A stretch of 64,000 bases of DNA, taken from the NCBI GenBank assembly GCA_038231395.1, contig JBBRLL010000004.1:980-64979 (forward strand). Reading direction: 5' to 3'. The stretch comes from Rhodobacterales bacterium (GTDB lineage Bacteria; Pseudomonadota; Alphaproteobacteria; Rhodobacterales; Rhodobacteraceae). A program made the position numbers and the translations under genes. Of the stretch, positions 1 to 10,276 are shown piece by piece. The notes under the pieces were generated by a model. That model was not told the DNA's origin and made no database searches. It was given only the letters and a program-made list of their open reading frames with translations. Each line of letters opens with the position of its first letter. Position 1 is the stretch's first letter.

Positions 1-501
1 GGTGGACCAACCCATCACGTGATCGCCTGACAGCAACGTATCGTCCAGCGCCAGACAGATGTGGTTGCCCATGTGGCCCGGCGTGTGGATCACCTGTATC
101 TGCGCGCCCGCGAGGTGCAGGATCTGGCCATCCACCACAGTCCGGTCCGGCACAAAGGAATGGTCGCAACCCTCGCCGCCTGTCAGACCCTCGGCGGCAA
201 GCTGGCGCATCAAGGGGCTGATCCCGGCCTCTGCCCCGCCAAAAGCCAGAACCTCTGCCCAGGTCAGGTGAGCAAGGCGGGGGACAAGGGCCGTGTGGTC
301 CAGATGCGCATGGGTGACAAGGATTGCCGCAACCCGGCGACCGGCAATCGCCGCCAGGATCGCTGCCAGATGGGCCGTCACGTCCGGACCGGGGTCAACG
401 ACAACCACCTCATCGCCGCCGAGAATATAGGTGTTGGTGCCTGCGCCGGTGAAGGGGCCGGGGTTGTTGGCGCGCAGAGTAAGGATTGCAGATGCGGGCA
501 T
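1..501 (-). CDS. MBL-fold metallo-hydrolase (C-terminal part cut off by the window edge)
   Basis: My own minus-strand translation from ATG (complement of 499-501): MPASAILTLRANNPGPFTGAGTNTYILGGDEVVVVDPGPD...AILVTHAHLDHT...IHTPGHMGNH. It carries the HxHxDH zinc motif. The frame stays open to position 1, and it is absent from the ORF track because there is no stop in the window. Confidence 0.75.
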   Translation of the reverse strand, partial: MPASAILTLRANNPGPFTGAGTNTYILGGDEVVVVDPGPDVTAHLAAILAAIAGRRVAAILVTHAHLDHTALVPRLAHLTWAEVLAFGGAEAGISPLMRQLAAEGLTGGEGCDHSFVPDRTVVDGQILHLAGAQIQVIHTPGHMGNHICLALDDTLLSGDHVMGWST

Positions 502-702
502 GGGCGGCGTCCTTTCGGGTCACCGCACGATTGCGCGGTTGGTGGGTCATCTCAAGCGCAATCGGCGGGTCCCTTTAAACCCGATGGTTCTTGCCCGGAA
601 CGGAGCTGGCATATCTGCGGCGTTCAGAATGCCCCAACCATCCTTCACGCGACATCGTAAAAGCGGTTCCCCCTACCCTGCGATTTGGCTAAGATTAAAG
701 CT

Positions 703-2025
703 ATGGCGTTCCAACTCAAATCCTACTTGCCGCGCAGCCTGTACGGACGGGCAGCACTTATATTGGTGGTGCCGGTGGTGGCGATCCAGCTGATCGTTTC
801 GATCATCTTCATCCAGCGCCACTTTGACGGGGTCACCCAGCAACTGTCGCAAGCCGTGGCCTTGCAGGCGCAATATCTTGTGGATGAGGTCACCTCTGCC
901 CCGGATCTCGCCGCTGCCGACGACAGCGCGCGCAAAGTCGGTGACGCGTTTGAAATGGTGGTATCACTGCCCGCCAAAGGCCAGCCGCCACCCGCCGACC
1001 TGCGTGACTTCTGGGACCTCTCCGGGCGCGCGGTTGGATCAACCATGCACGACGCCTTTCCAGAGTTGATATCGGTTGACCTGCAAACCAACCCGCGTGA
1101 GGTTCAGCTTTGGATATCAACGCGGTACGGCGTCATGCTTGCGCAAATGCCGCGCATCAGGGTTTCGGCCAGCAATCCGCATCAGCTTTTGGTGGTGATG
1201 GGCCTGGCCTCGGTCCTGATGACAGCGGTGGCCTTTGCCTTTCTGCGCAACCAACTGGTGCCGATCACCCGGATGGCTGCGGCGGCAGAGGCCTTTGGGC
1301 GCGGCCAAAGCGTGCCTTACAGGCCGCGCGGCGCTTTGGAAGTGCGGGCAGCGGGCACCGCGTTTCTGGACATGCGCGCCCGGATCGAACGCCAGATTGA
1401 ACAGCGCACCCTGATGCTGTCCGGCGTCAGCCACGATCTGCGCGGGCCTTTGACGCGACTGAAGCTGGGACTGTCTTTGCTGGACGAAGACTCCGAAACC
1501 CGGGCGCTGAAGGGCGATGTCGAGGATATGGAGCGGTTGGTAAACGAATTCCTTGCCTTTGCCAGAGGCGATGTGATGGAAAACTCCGCCTTGGTGGACC
1601 CGGCGCTTCTGGTCGATCTTGTGGTGGAAAAGGCCCGGCGCGGGGGTCTGGCGGTGACGTTGGGGGCCTGTCAGGGCAGCGGCATGGTCCGGATGCGCCC
1701 GCAAGCGGTGGCGCGCGCGCTGGAGAACCTTTTGGGCAATGCCGTGCGCTATGGCAGCCGGGGGGTGATCAGCTATGCCCTGACAGAACGGACCCTGCGG
1801 CTGGTGGTGGACGATGACGGCCCGGGCATCCCCGAAGCGCGCCGTGAGGAGGCGCTGTTGCCCTTCACGCGGCTGGACGCCGCCCGCAATCCCAACCGGG
1901 GCGGTGGGGTCGGCCTTGGCCTGTCGATTGCCGCTGACATCGCCCGCACCCACGGTGGCACCCTACGGCTTGGCCAAAGTGAGATGTTGGGGGGGCTGAA
2001 AGCAGAGCTGGTTCTGGCGCGGTGA
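703..2025 (+). CDS. Two-component sensor histidine kinase (EnvZ-like: TM-periplasmic-TM, HAMP, HisKA, HATPase_c)
   Basis: ORF 685-2025. The likely ATG is at 703 (MAFQLKSYLPRSLYGRAALILVVPVV). H-box SGVSHDLRGPLTRL; N/G boxes LENLLGNAVRY, DDDGPGIP, GGVGLGLSIA. No response regulator gene is in the window. Confidence 0.85.
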   Translation: MAFQLKSYLPRSLYGRAALILVVPVVAIQLIVSIIFIQRHFDGVTQQLSQAVALQAQYLVDEVTSAPDLAAADDSARKVGDAFEMVVSLPAKGQPPPADLRDFWDLSGRAVGSTMHDAFPELISVDLQTNPREVQLWISTRYGVMLAQMPRIRVSASNPHQLLVVMGLASVLMTAVAFAFLRNQLVPITRMAAAAEAFGRGQSVPYRPRGALEVRAAGTAFLDMRARIERQIEQRTLMLSGVSHDLRGPLTRLKLGLSLLDEDSETRALKGDVEDMERLVNEFLAFARGDVMENSALVDPALLVDLVVEKARRGGLAVTLGACQGSGMVRMRPQAVARALENLLGNAVRYGSRGVISYALTERTLRLVVDDDGPGIPEARREEALLPFTRLDAARNPNRGGGVGLGLSIAADIARTHGGTLRLGQSEMLGGLKAELVLAR

Positions 2026-2049
2026 AAGCGTTGTGGCACGCGGGCCCGC

Positions 2050-3279
2050 TTGGGCAGCCTTTGCTCGTTACCGGTGACTGCCGGGCACGGTGAAGGGGCG
2101 ACGAAGCCCGGCTTCTGTCAGGTCCAAGGCGCTTTTCCCCTCACTTGCAGCACCCGACCGCGCCTGATAGCCCTTGCCGTGAAATCGCCCAAGGACCTGC
2201 CCTTGCCCAAGCCGCCGCGCCTTGTCGTTCAATCCCTGACCCGCAGCTATAGCGGTCGCGCTGTGGTTGATGACCTGTCGTTGACGGTAGAGGCGGGGCA
2301 GGTGACCTGCCTGCTTGGCCCCTCTGGCTGCGGCAAATCCACAACTCTGCGGATGATTGCCGGGGTAGAGACGCCCGATCAAGGCCGCATCCTGATTGAC
2401 GGCGCAGAGGTGTTCGGGCCTGCCCGCAACACCCCGCCCGAGGCGCGTGGCGTGGGCCTGATGTTTCAGGATTTCGCCCTGTTCCCGCATCTGACCGTGG
2501 CGGGCAATATCGCTTTCGGCCTGCGCTCAGACGCCGCCACCCGGCAGCGGCGCGTAGGCGAACTGCTTGAAAAGGTGAACCTTTCAGGCTTTGGCGTGAA
2601 ACACCCGCATGAGCTTTCGGGCGGCGAACAGCAGCGCGTGGCTTTGGCCCGCGCCCTTGCGCCGCGCCCGCAGGTCATGCTGATGGACGAGCCGTTTTCC
2701 GGCCTGGACAACCGCCTGCGCGACGGCATTCGCGACGCCACTCTGGACCTTTTGAAAGAGGAGGGTGCCGCCGTTCTGCTGGTGACCCACGAGCCGAACG
2801 AGGCGATGCGGATGGCTGATGAAATCGCCCTGATGCGCGCCGGTGTCATCGTGCAAAGAGGCGCGCCCTATAACATCTACAACGCCCCGGTGGACCGTGA
2901 AGCGGCGGGCTTTTTCAGCGATATCAACGTGATCCGTGGCACCTCTCGCGGGGCGCTGACCGAAACTCCGTTCGGTGTGTTTCTGACGCCGGGCCTTGAC
3001 GATGACGGCAAAGTGGACATCGTGATCCGCCCGCAGCATCTGAAGATTGACTTTGACCGGGCCGGGCGCGGCCCGAACCCTACGCCGCAGGATGGCACCG
3101 CCGCACGTGGCACAGTGACCCGCGCCCGTTTTCTGGGGCATGAAAGTCTGGTGGAGTTTCGGATGGAATTTGACGGCTCTACCCTGACGACGGCGGTTCC
3201 CGGGGTGTTTTTGCCCAAACCCGGCACCGCGCTTTGGCTGATGATCCGCCGCGACAGGTGCTTTGTCTTTGCCGCTTGA
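2050..3279 (+). CDS. ABC transporter ATP-binding protein, FbpC/PotA-like with a C-terminal TOBE-like extension (start uncertain, 2050-2179)
   Basis: Walker A GPSGCGKST, signature LSGGEQQRVALARAL, Walker B VMLMDEPFS. There are about 120 aa after the ATPase core. No adjacent permease or binding-protein gene. Confidence 0.85.
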   Translation: MGSLCSLPVTAGHGEGATKPGFCQVQGAFPLTCSTRPRLIALAVKSPKDLPLPKPPRLVVQSLTRSYSGRAVVDDLSLTVEAGQVTCLLGPSGCGKSTTLRMIAGVETPDQGRILIDGAEVFGPARNTPPEARGVGLMFQDFALFPHLTVAGNIAFGLRSDAATRQRRVGELLEKVNLSGFGVKHPHELSGGEQQRVALARALAPRPQVMLMDEPFSGLDNRLRDGIRDATLDLLKEEGAAVLLVTHEPNEAMRMADEIALMRAGVIVQRGAPYNIYNAPVDREAAGFFSDINVIRGTSRGALTETPFGVFLTPGLDDDGKVDIVIRPQHLKIDFDRAGRGPNPTPQDGTAARGTVTRARFLGHESLVEFRMEFDGSTLTTAVPGVFLPKPGTALWLMIRRDRCFVFAA

Positions 3280-3433
3280 GGAGCATGCCCGGCGTGCGGG
3301 ACGGGTGTCAGGATTGAAGGCGGTGAGATTGCTTCAGTTCAAACCGCTGACCGGTCTGGCGCGTCCGCGTCAACATATGTCGGTGGCGCCGTTTGGGGCG
3401 AAGGTCTTTGTCATTCCACGATGCCGGTTCCCC

Positions 3434-4123
3434 TTACCCCACCATCGCCTGCCATTTGCGGAAATCGGCCAGTCGTTTGCCGGTTTCACGCGGAAAGGTC
3501 TCGCCGCGCGGGACGATGTCCAGCAAACGATCCAGGCCGAATTCCGCGAACTCCGCTTTGGTTTCGCACCAGGTGGCCAGCGTCCAGACCCGGCCTGACA
3601 GCGAAAGGGCCAAGGGGCGGATGTCGCGTTGGGTCAACTGGCCTTGGCCATCCAGAAGCACCACAGTCAAACGTTCGGATTGGCGGATGGCCTTGCGCAG
3701 CACGGGCAGGTGCGGGACGGATCGGACCGGTTCTGGTACGCGGGGGGCGAAAATATCCTCTCCTTCGGGATCGTCGCGTGAACCGGGCGCTAAAGTTGGC
3801 GCCATGATCGCAATCTTGGCGGCGAGGGTGCGGGCAGCGCTTGCCATAGGCTCCGCCCCCTCGGCCACCAGACGGACCCCGTGGCGCAGCGCCAGCATCT
3901 CGGCCGGGGTCAGCATCATGGGCGGCAAGGTGATCGGGGCGCGCAGAATGTAGCCCACGCCTCGCTCCCCCTCCACTGGCATGCCAGAGGCCGACAGCAC
4001 ACCCATGTCGCGCCAGATGGTCCGGGTTGATATCTGCAAGGCCTCCGCCAGATCGGCCGCACGGTGCAGCCGCCCGTCGCGCAAGATCTGGATCAGGTCA
4101 AACAGGCGGTCAGAGCGGGCCAT
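3434..4123 (-). CDS. YafY-family transcriptional regulator (N-terminal HTH plus WYL-type domain)
   Basis: MARSDRLFDLIQILRDGRLHRAADLAEALQISTRTIWRDMGVLSASGMPVEGERGVGY is a typical DeoR-N/YafY HTH. The C-terminal region (RPLALSLSGRVWTLATWCE) looks WYL-like. Confidence 0.75.
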   Translation of the reverse strand: MARSDRLFDLIQILRDGRLHRAADLAEALQISTRTIWRDMGVLSASGMPVEGERGVGYILRAPITLPPMMLTPAEMLALRHGVRLVAEGAEPMASAARTLAAKIAIMAPTLAPGSRDDPEGEDIFAPRVPEPVRSVPHLPVLRKAIRQSERLTVVLLDGQGQLTQRDIRPLALSLSGRVWTLATWCETKAEFAEFGLDRLLDIVPRGETFPRETGKRLADFRKWQAMVG

Positions 4124-4403
4124 GGCGGGCGATTACCTTGATTTTGGCAGCATGAAAGATCAAACAGACTGTAGATTTGGGCATTGCAGGCATTTCGGCT
4201 TTTGGTTTCCCTGATCCGCAGACTGGATAATCCTGCGGCATGGTCTGGGCACCACTTCGATTGCAGGAGGCTACTGACATTTTTATGGCAGTAAGCCCGG
4301 TAAAAGCCAAGACCGCCGCGTCATCCGGCTTGCACACCGAGGCGGCTTGGCCTCTGCTGGCCAAAACAACCGCCGCACCCCGCGGCCTTCCGGAGGAATT
4401 CTC

Positions 4404-4628
4404 ATGCACGCTATGGGCCCCATTCAGCTGATCGTCATCGCCGCCGTGGTACTGGTCCTGTTCGGCAAGGGCAAAGTCTCGTCCCTGATGGGCGAAGTGG
4501 GCAAGGGCATCACGGCCTTCAAGAAGGGCATGGGCGAAGGCGCCACTGAGCCCGTCAAAGAGCCCGAAGCCGGTGAGGTCATCGTCGTCAAAGACGTGAC
4601 CCCGGTGGAAGACAAGACCAAAGTCTGA
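4404..4628 (+). CDS. tatA: Twin-arginine translocase subunit TatA
   Basis: [48 protein letters not shown] Shine-Dalgarno at 4391-4395. Followed by tatB and tatC. Confidence 0.9.
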   Translation: MHAMGPIQLIVIAAVVLVLFGKGKVSSLMGEVGKGITAFKKGMGEGATEPVKEPEAGEVIVVKDVTPVEDKTKV

Positions 4629-4639
4629 TCTGACAAAGC

Positions 4640-5344
4640 ATGTTTGATCTCAACTGGGCCGAGCTTATTCTTATCGGGTTCGTGGCGCTGATCGTGATCG
4701 GCCCCGAAGACCTGCCTGACATGTTCCGCCAGCTTGGGCGCTTTACCTCCAAGCTGCGCCAGATGAGCCGCGAGTTTTCGCGCGCCATGGAGGATGCCGC
4801 AAAACAATCGGGCATGAAAGAGGCGGCCGATGATCTGAAGGCTGCAACCTCTGCCAAGTCACTGGGGCTGGACGCGGTGCGTGAGGCTGCCAACAAGTTT
4901 GAAAAGTGGGATCCGATCAAGAACGCCGCCCGGCCCTCGCCGACCGGGGCCGCGACCATGCCCGCCCGCAGCATGACGCCGCCGCCGATCCCGGCCACGC
5001 CGAATGCAGAGGCTGCCGATGATCTGGCAGCCCTTGTGGCGGACCCAGAGCTTACGATCCATGGCCCGGCCACGCAGGCCCTGATCGACAAACAAGCCTT
5101 GCGCACGCAGGTTCTGGCAGAGCAAACCGAAAAGCTGAAGGCGATTGAAGCTGGCACTTATGTCGCTGCACCGGTGGTACCTGTCACGCCGGTCAAGGCC
5201 GCGCCCGCACCACTCAAACGGGCGGCGAAACCCAAGGCTCAGGCCAGGGTTTCCACTGAAGAGATCGCCACAGGACCCGTTCCCGACGTTGAAAAACCCA
5301 GGAAAGCCGCTCGAAAACCGGCGAAGAAGGCAAAAGACGCATGA
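4640..5344 (+). CDS. tatB: Twin-arginine translocase subunit TatB
   Basis: MFDLNWAELILIGFVALIVIGPEDLPDMFRQLGRF N-terminus, then a long low-complexity A/P/K-rich tail. Confidence 0.9.
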   Translation: MFDLNWAELILIGFVALIVIGPEDLPDMFRQLGRFTSKLRQMSREFSRAMEDAAKQSGMKEAADDLKAATSAKSLGLDAVREAANKFEKWDPIKNAARPSPTGAATMPARSMTPPPIPATPNAEAADDLAALVADPELTIHGPATQALIDKQALRTQVLAEQTEKLKAIEAGTYVAAPVVPVTPVKAAPAPLKRAAKPKAQARVSTEEIATGPVPDVEKPRKAARKPAKKAKDA

Positions 5345-6183
5345 CCCAGACCGATGAGCTTGAGGGCAGCGCCGCCCCGCTGATGGAGCATCTGAAAGAG
5401 CTGCGCAACCGGATCATGATTTCGATTGCCGCCTATATCGTGGCGTTTTTCATCTGCTATCTGCTGTGGGAATACGTGTTCGCCTTCCTGTCCAAGCCGA
5501 TGTGCAACGCCCTTGCGGACCTGCATCAGGAATGCGGCTTTGTGCTGATCAAGGTGCAGGAGGGCTTTTTTGTCACCCTGAAGATCGCCATGTGGGGCGG
5601 CTTCGTGCTGGCCTTTCCGGTGATCGCCTTCCAGATGTGGCGGTTCATCGCGCCGGGCCTTTACAAGAACGAGAAAGGCGCGTTCCTGCCCTTCCTGCTG
5701 GCTTCGCCCATCATGTTCGCCTTGGGCGCGGGCTTTGCCTATCTGGTTGTGCTGCCCTATGCCTTTCACTTTTTCCTGGGCTTTCAGGACAGCTTCAAAG
5801 TGGCCATGCAAAGCGCCAATCCATTGGCAGAGGTGCCCAAGGGCGTCGTCTTCCAAGGTTCGGTTGAAGCGTTTTTCGCCCTGACCATGCAGTTTTTGAT
5901 GGCCTTCGGTCTTTGCTTTCAACTGCCAGTCCTGCTGACCCTGATGGGCCGTGCCGGGTTGATCGGATCCAAAGGCCTGAAAGCCACCCGCAAATACGCG
6001 GTGGTCGGCATCATGATCCTGTCCTCGATGATTGCCCCGCCCGATGTCACCTCGATGATGATCCTGTTTGGCGCGATCTACCCGCTGTACGAAATTTCGA
6101 TCTGGATCATCGTCTACTTTGAAGCGCAGCGCAAAAAGCAGGCGATCCTTGATGGGACATGGGAGCCGGAGGACGACGCATGA
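5341..6183 (+). CDS. tatC: Twin-arginine translocase subunit TatC
   Basis: Polytopic membrane protein with a TatC-like N-terminus (PLMEHLKELRNRIMISI). ATGA overlap with the tatB stop. Confidence 0.9.
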   Translation: MTQTDELEGSAAPLMEHLKELRNRIMISIAAYIVAFFICYLLWEYVFAFLSKPMCNALADLHQECGFVLIKVQEGFFVTLKIAMWGGFVLAFPVIAFQMWRFIAPGLYKNEKGAFLPFLLASPIMFALGAGFAYLVVLPYAFHFFLGFQDSFKVAMQSANPLAEVPKGVVFQGSVEAFFALTMQFLMAFGLCFQLPVLLTLMGRAGLIGSKGLKATRKYAVVGIMILSSMIAPPDVTSMMILFGAIYPLYEISIWIIVYFEAQRKKQAILDGTWEPEDDA

Positions 6184-7025
6184 GCCCCGGCCGGATCGGG
6201 ACGCTTGAACGCATCGCGGCGGCGCTGGAACGGTTGGCGCCGCAGCCGCTTGGCCCGCCCGATTTCACCGCCGCAGCCTATGTCTGGCATACGTCTCCTG
6301 ACCGGTTGGAGCCTGTGGCCAAAGTCTCGCGCGTTGATCTGGGCCTGTTGGTTGGCATCGACCGTTCGCGCGACACTTTGATGGAAAACACCCGGCACTT
6401 TGCGCGTGGCCTGCCCGCCAACAACGCGCTGTTGTGGGGCGCGCGGGGGATGGGCAAATCCTCTCTGGTCAAGGCTGTTCATGCCACGGTGCGGGCCGAG
6501 GGTTATGACTTGAAAATCGTCGAACTCAGCCGCGAGGACCTGCCTTCGGTTCAGCGCCTGCTGTCGCAGCTGCGCGCCAGTGCCTGCCGGTTCATCCTGT
6601 TTTGCGATGACCTGTCATTTTCCAACGACGACCAGCACTACAAATCCCTGAAAGCGGTGCTGGATGGCGGCATCGAAGGCCGCCCCGAAAACGTCCTGTT
6701 CTACGCCACCTCCAACCGCCGCCATCTGATGCCGCGTGAGATGATCGAGAACGAACGCTCCACCGCCATCATGCCCGGCGAAGCGGTGGAGGAGAAAGTA
6801 TCGCTTTCCGACCGTTTTGGCCTATGGCTGGGCTTTCACCCCTGCACCCAGGACGACTACCTTGCGATGATCGACGGCTATTGTGCGGCCCATGGCCTAA
6901 GCATCCCCGCCGACCGCCTGCGCGCCGAGGCGATCGAATGGCAGGCAACCAGAGGGTCCCGGTCTGGCCGCGTCGCCTGGCAATTCTTTTGCGACCTTGC
7001 CGCACGTGAGGGCATCAGTCTTTGA
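6180..7025 (+). CDS. DUF815-type AAA+ ATPase (COG2607-like)
   Basis: Walker A GARGMGKSSLVKAV, Walker B-like FILFCDDLSF. ATG 6180 overlaps the tatC TGA (ATGA), with GGAGGA at 6168-6173. The longest ORF starts at 6159. Confidence 0.75.
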   Translation: MSPGRIGTLERIAAALERLAPQPLGPPDFTAAAYVWHTSPDRLEPVAKVSRVDLGLLVGIDRSRDTLMENTRHFARGLPANNALLWGARGMGKSSLVKAVHATVRAEGYDLKIVELSREDLPSVQRLLSQLRASACRFILFCDDLSFSNDDQHYKSLKAVLDGGIEGRPENVLFYATSNRRHLMPREMIENERSTAIMPGEAVEEKVSLSDRFGLWLGFHPCTQDDYLAMIDGYCAAHGLSIPADRLRAEAIEWQATRGSRSGRVAWQFFCDLAAREGISL

Positions 7026-7200
7026 CACCCCGCGCCAAGGCTTTTTCAACGGCGGCGCTCACCTAATCGCCATCCAAGTCAATAGGTTGCGCAGCATTCT
7101 TCGTGTGAAATCCCGTCGCAATTTCATTCCGCGGAACGTGCGCCTTGGGAAATACCTAGCAGGGGGTCTACGGGCGACGAAAGCCCAAGCCGCAAGGCCC

Positions 7201-8451
7201 CTATCGAAGATAGGTCATCGGGTCCACCGATTGCTGGCCTTGCCGCACTTCAAAGTGCATCTGGGCCGGTGAGCCGCCTTTGACGGTGCCGATGGTCTGA
7301 CCGCGTTTGATCACGGCATCTTTTTCAACCGAGGCCGAGTCCAGCCCGGCGTAGACCGTCAGCAGCCCGCTCTCATGGCGCAGGATGATGATCAGTGCGC
7401 CGGTTGCCGGATCATGCGTGATCACGGCCACGGTTCCAGCCTGGGCCGCATGAACCGGCGCGCCTGCTGTGGCTGCAAGATCGATGCCCTGATTGGTTTT
7501 GCCGTCATAGGGTTTGATGATCTTGCCATCGACCGGCATCGCCATCGCCGCAGCCGAGGCCGTGGTGCGGCCCGCGCTCAAATCCGGGGCGGGCAGGGTT
7601 TGCTTGGCGGCGTCGGCGGCACTGACGGTTTTTTCGACCGGCAGGGGCAGTTTGGTCGAGGGTGGCATCGGCGTCGTCGATCCCTGACCGGGCAAGGATG
7701 TGGTATCGACGCTGTCCCCAGTCGGCAGACGCTGCACATCGGCAGGGGTCGGAATGATCAGATATTGGCCTTCGCGCACCGAAAGGTCCGGTCCCAGCCC
7801 GTTCCAATCCGCCAGCGCCTTGGCCGAGATGTTGAAGTTGCGCGCAATCGTAAAGGCCGTCTCACCGCGCTTGACCTGATAGCGCACCGGCACCGGACCG
7901 GAGCCTTGGCTGGCAAAGGGCAGGTTATTCGCAGCAGGGGCTGCGGTTGTACCCGTGGTGCCGCTGGTCGAACCGGAGCCGACCTTGTCCAGGGCCGAGG
8001 TTGCAATCGCCGCCACATCAATTCCGCCAGCCGCAGGCTCGGTTCCGCTCAGGTTTTCCGCAGGCAAGGCCGCCGGGTCCGCCGAGACACGCACCGGCAA
8101 GGCCAGAATCTCACCTGCACGCAGCGGATCACTGGCCCGCAACGCGTTGTACGACCCCAACTGATCGGCCGAAATGGCCAGCCGCGCCGCAACCGATGTC
8201 ACCGTATCACCGCGCCGCGCCACCACGACCTGATAGCCGGGATAAGAGATCACGCCATTGCGGTCGGCACTGGGCCGGGCGGAGGAGGCCTGCTCCACCG
8301 CCGCGCTGGTGGCGCCATCGTTGTTGCGCATGTCCCAGTCCAACGCGCCTCTGTTGGCGCAGGCCGAAACCAGAAGGACCGCCATCACCGGCAGCCCCAT
8401 CCAAAACCGCGACATTTCAAATCCAGTCAAAGAACGCATTGCAGTTCCCAC
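7201..8451 (-). CDS. nlpD: LysM-domain M23 metalloendopeptidase lipoprotein (NlpD-like)
   Basis: Lipobox LLVSAC. Two LysM-like segments (YQVVVARRGDTVTSVAARL; YQVKRGETAFTIARNF). C-terminal M23 region (GIDLAATAGAPVHAA...MHFEVRQG). The start could be 8451, 8439 or 8415. Confidence 0.85.
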   Translation of the reverse strand: MGTAMRSLTGFEMSRFWMGLPVMAVLLVSACANRGALDWDMRNNDGATSAAVEQASSARPSADRNGVISYPGYQVVVARRGDTVTSVAARLAISADQLGSYNALRASDPLRAGEILALPVRVSADPAALPAENLSGTEPAAGGIDVAAIATSALDKVGSGSTSGTTGTTAAPAANNLPFASQGSGPVPVRYQVKRGETAFTIARNFNISAKALADWNGLGPDLSVREGQYLIIPTPADVQRLPTGDSVDTTSLPGQGSTTPMPPSTKLPLPVEKTVSAADAAKQTLPAPDLSAGRTTASAAAMAMPVDGKIIKPYDGKTNQGIDLAATAGAPVHAAQAGTVAVITHDPATGALIIILRHESGLLTVYAGLDSASVEKDAVIKRGQTIGTVKGGSPAQMHFEVRQGQQSVDPMTYLR

Positions 8452-8454
8452 CCC

Positions 8455-8580
8455 AACCCACGCCAGACTTTCGGCAATTCCAAGCCTATTTCAAGCCAAA
8501 CCCAATCCCAAGCCCGGGCACAACCCAAGCCCAAGCCAATTCCAAGCCCAAGCCAAACCCAAGCCGATCAAAGGCAAATT
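8455..8580. repeat. CCAAGC(C) hexamer-rich microsatellite-like array in the pcm-nlpD spacer
   Basis: About 9 copies of (C)CAAGCC, some directly tandem (cccaagcccaagcc appears twice). It reads GGCTTGG on the gene strand and sits immediately upstream of the nlpD start. Confidence 0.7.
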
Positions 8581-8602
8581 ATTCATCTGCCTCACCTTGG
8601 CT

Positions 8603-9280
8603 TTATTCGGTTCCCAATCCCTCGACCAGCGGTACAAAGCGCACCGGGCGAAGTTCTTCGTAATCGTAGCCGCTTTGCAGCCGCGTCACCTTGATCAGGC
8701 TTTGCACCGTATCTGACTGCCCCACCGGCACCACCATGATACCGCCGATCTTCAACTGCGCCAAGAGGGGACCCGGCGGGTCTTCTGCGGCGGCGGTCAC
8801 GATAATCCGGTCAAACGGGGCCTGTTCTGGCAGGCCAAAGCTGCCATCGGCGGCGAAAGCAGTGATGTTGACCAAGCCCAGATCGCGGAAGATATCCTGC
8901 GCCTCGCGCACCAGACGGCGGTGGCGGTCAACGGTGTAAACCCTGCGGCACAGCAGCGACAGGATGGCCGCCTGATAGCCCGAGCCGGTTCCCACCTCCA
9001 GCACCTTGTCGCGCGGTGTCACGTCCAGCGCCTGCGTCATCAGCCCCACGACCGAGGGCTGCGAAATGGTCTGGCCGCAAGAGATTGGCAGCGGCATATC
9101 CTCGTAAGCCCGGTCGGCAAACAGGCCACGCACAAAGCCGCCACGGTCGATCCGCTCCATCGCGTTCAGGACGCGGATGTTGGTCACGCCATGACTGCGC
9201 AGCGCGAACAAAAAGCGCATCTTGCGCTCTGCCCCCGCATCCTCTGCCGCATCGTCATGGGGTTGACCCGCGTCATTCAT
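8603..9280 (-). CDS. pcm: Protein-L-isoaspartate O-methyltransferase
   Basis: SAM-binding motif [15 protein letters not shown], plus TISQPSVV. 4-nt overlap with surE. Conserved surE-pcm-nlpD order. Confidence 0.9.
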   Translation of the reverse strand: MNDAGQPHDDAAEDAGAERKMRFLFALRSHGVTNIRVLNAMERIDRGGFVRGLFADRAYEDMPLPISCGQTISQPSVVGLMTQALDVTPRDKVLEVGTGSGYQAAILSLLCRRVYTVDRHRRLVREAQDIFRDLGLVNITAFAADGSFGLPEQAPFDRIIVTAAAEDPPGPLLAQLKIGGIMVVPVGQSDTVQSLIKVTRLQSGYDYEELRPVRFVPLVEGLGTE

Positions 9281-10062
9281 GCCAAGGCGGCCGCAAGTTC
9301 AGACAGGCGGTCATGCGCGGTCAGGTCGGCGCGCAGCGGGGTGACCGAGATAAAACCATCGACAATGGCCGTGACATCCGCGCCGGGCAGCGTGGCGCGG
9401 CCTTGTTCGGCGCCTTTGACCCAAAGAAATTGCCGACCCGTCGGCGACAGATGCGGCTCCAGCGAAAAGGCGGAATAGCGACGGAAACCCTGATTGGCGA
9501 CCTTGGTGCCCTTGACCTGATTTGCGGGGACGGCGGGGAAATTGACGTTGTAAAACAGGCAGTAATCCTCGGTATCCCACAGGCCCTTATCCAACAGACG
9601 CTGTACCACGGCAGCCCCGTGCGCCACAGAAGCCTCAAACGGATTGGCGAGGGTGGCATTTCCGGGGCCGAAGAATTGCGACAAGGCGATGGCTTTGACG
9701 CCGTGCAATGCCGCCTCCATCGCGCCGCCAATGGTGCCGGAATAAAGGACATTTTCGCCCGCATTGTTGCCCCGGTTGACGCCGGACAGCACAAGGTCGG
9801 GCTTGGCATCTTTCATCACGTGGAACAAGCCGGCCAGCACGCAATCTGCCGGCGAGCCTTCAGTGGCAAAGCGGCGTGGCGCGAGTTCCGAAATCAGCGC
9901 AGGGTGGCTGTAGCTGATGCAATGGCCGACGCCGGATTGTTCAAACGCCGGTGCTACAACCCAAACCTCACCGTCCGGCCCGGCCACGGTTGCGGCAACT
10001 GCCTCCAGCACCGCAAGGCCTGCGGCGTTGATGCCGTCGTCATTGGTGATCAGAATGCGCAT
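9277..10062 (-). CDS. surE: 5'/3'-nucleotidase SurE
   Basis: [16 protein letters not shown]... [26 protein letters not shown] trimmed the start from the ORF-track 10155 to the canonical [10 protein letters not shown]. Confidence 0.9.
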   Translation of the reverse strand: MRILITNDDGINAAGLAVLEAVAATVAGPDGEVWVVAPAFEQSGVGHCISYSHPALISELAPRRFATEGSPADCVLAGLFHVMKDAKPDLVLSGVNRGNNAGENVLYSGTIGGAMEAALHGVKAIALSQFFGPGNATLANPFEASVAHGAAVVQRLLDKGLWDTEDYCLFYNVNFPAVPANQVKGTKVANQGFRRYSAFSLEPHLSPTGRQFLWVKGAEQGRATLPGADVTAIVDGFISVTPLRADLTAHDRLSELAAALA

Positions 10063-10253
10063 GAAATCCCCTTGTGTCCCGGCCACCTTGACCCCTGATA
10101 GACGAGGGGCGCGAACGGGGCAAGCGACTGGGTTGACACGATTGGCCGGTGGCACGGTCGTCTGAGCGAATGCGGCACGCGGCGGATACCGGTGGCGATC
10201 TCAATCCAATCAGTGCCGGATCACAAACATCACCTGAGCTAAAAATCCCCATT

Positions 10254-10276
10254 TTTGTTTCTCTATTGGAAACAAA
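10254..10276. promoter_or_regulatory. Perfect 8-bp inverted repeat TTTGTTTC-N7-GAAACAAA in the AT-rich region upstream of the VPLPA-CTERM gene
   Basis: Read directly from the sequence: tttgtttc tctattg gaaacaaa. It lies about 135 nt upstream of ATG 10411, in the most AT-rich stretch of this part of the window. Confidence 0.3.

Noticed and set aside
1117-1953. Many long ORFs in the supplied track that run antisense to, or out of frame with, recognisable genes. Examples: 1117-1953, 5239-5922, 7375-8694, 13441-14166, 19482-20675, 27064-28731, 32032-32988, 44634-45413, 50068-50934, 60609-61667.
   Set aside because: Each overlaps a gene with clear family motifs on the other strand or frame. Their translations are Arg/Pro/Gly/Ala-rich low-complexity strings typical of shadow ORFs in high-GC DNA, and none shows recognisable motifs.
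4137-4163. TTGATTTT-N10-AAAGATCAA imperfect palindrome between yafY and tatA, superficially FNR/CRP-like (TTGAT...ATCAA).
   Set aside because: The spacing (N10 between 8-bp arms, one mismatch) does not fit the TTGAT-N4-ATCAA FNR/FnrL box. It might be a YafY operator, but there is no supporting evidence.
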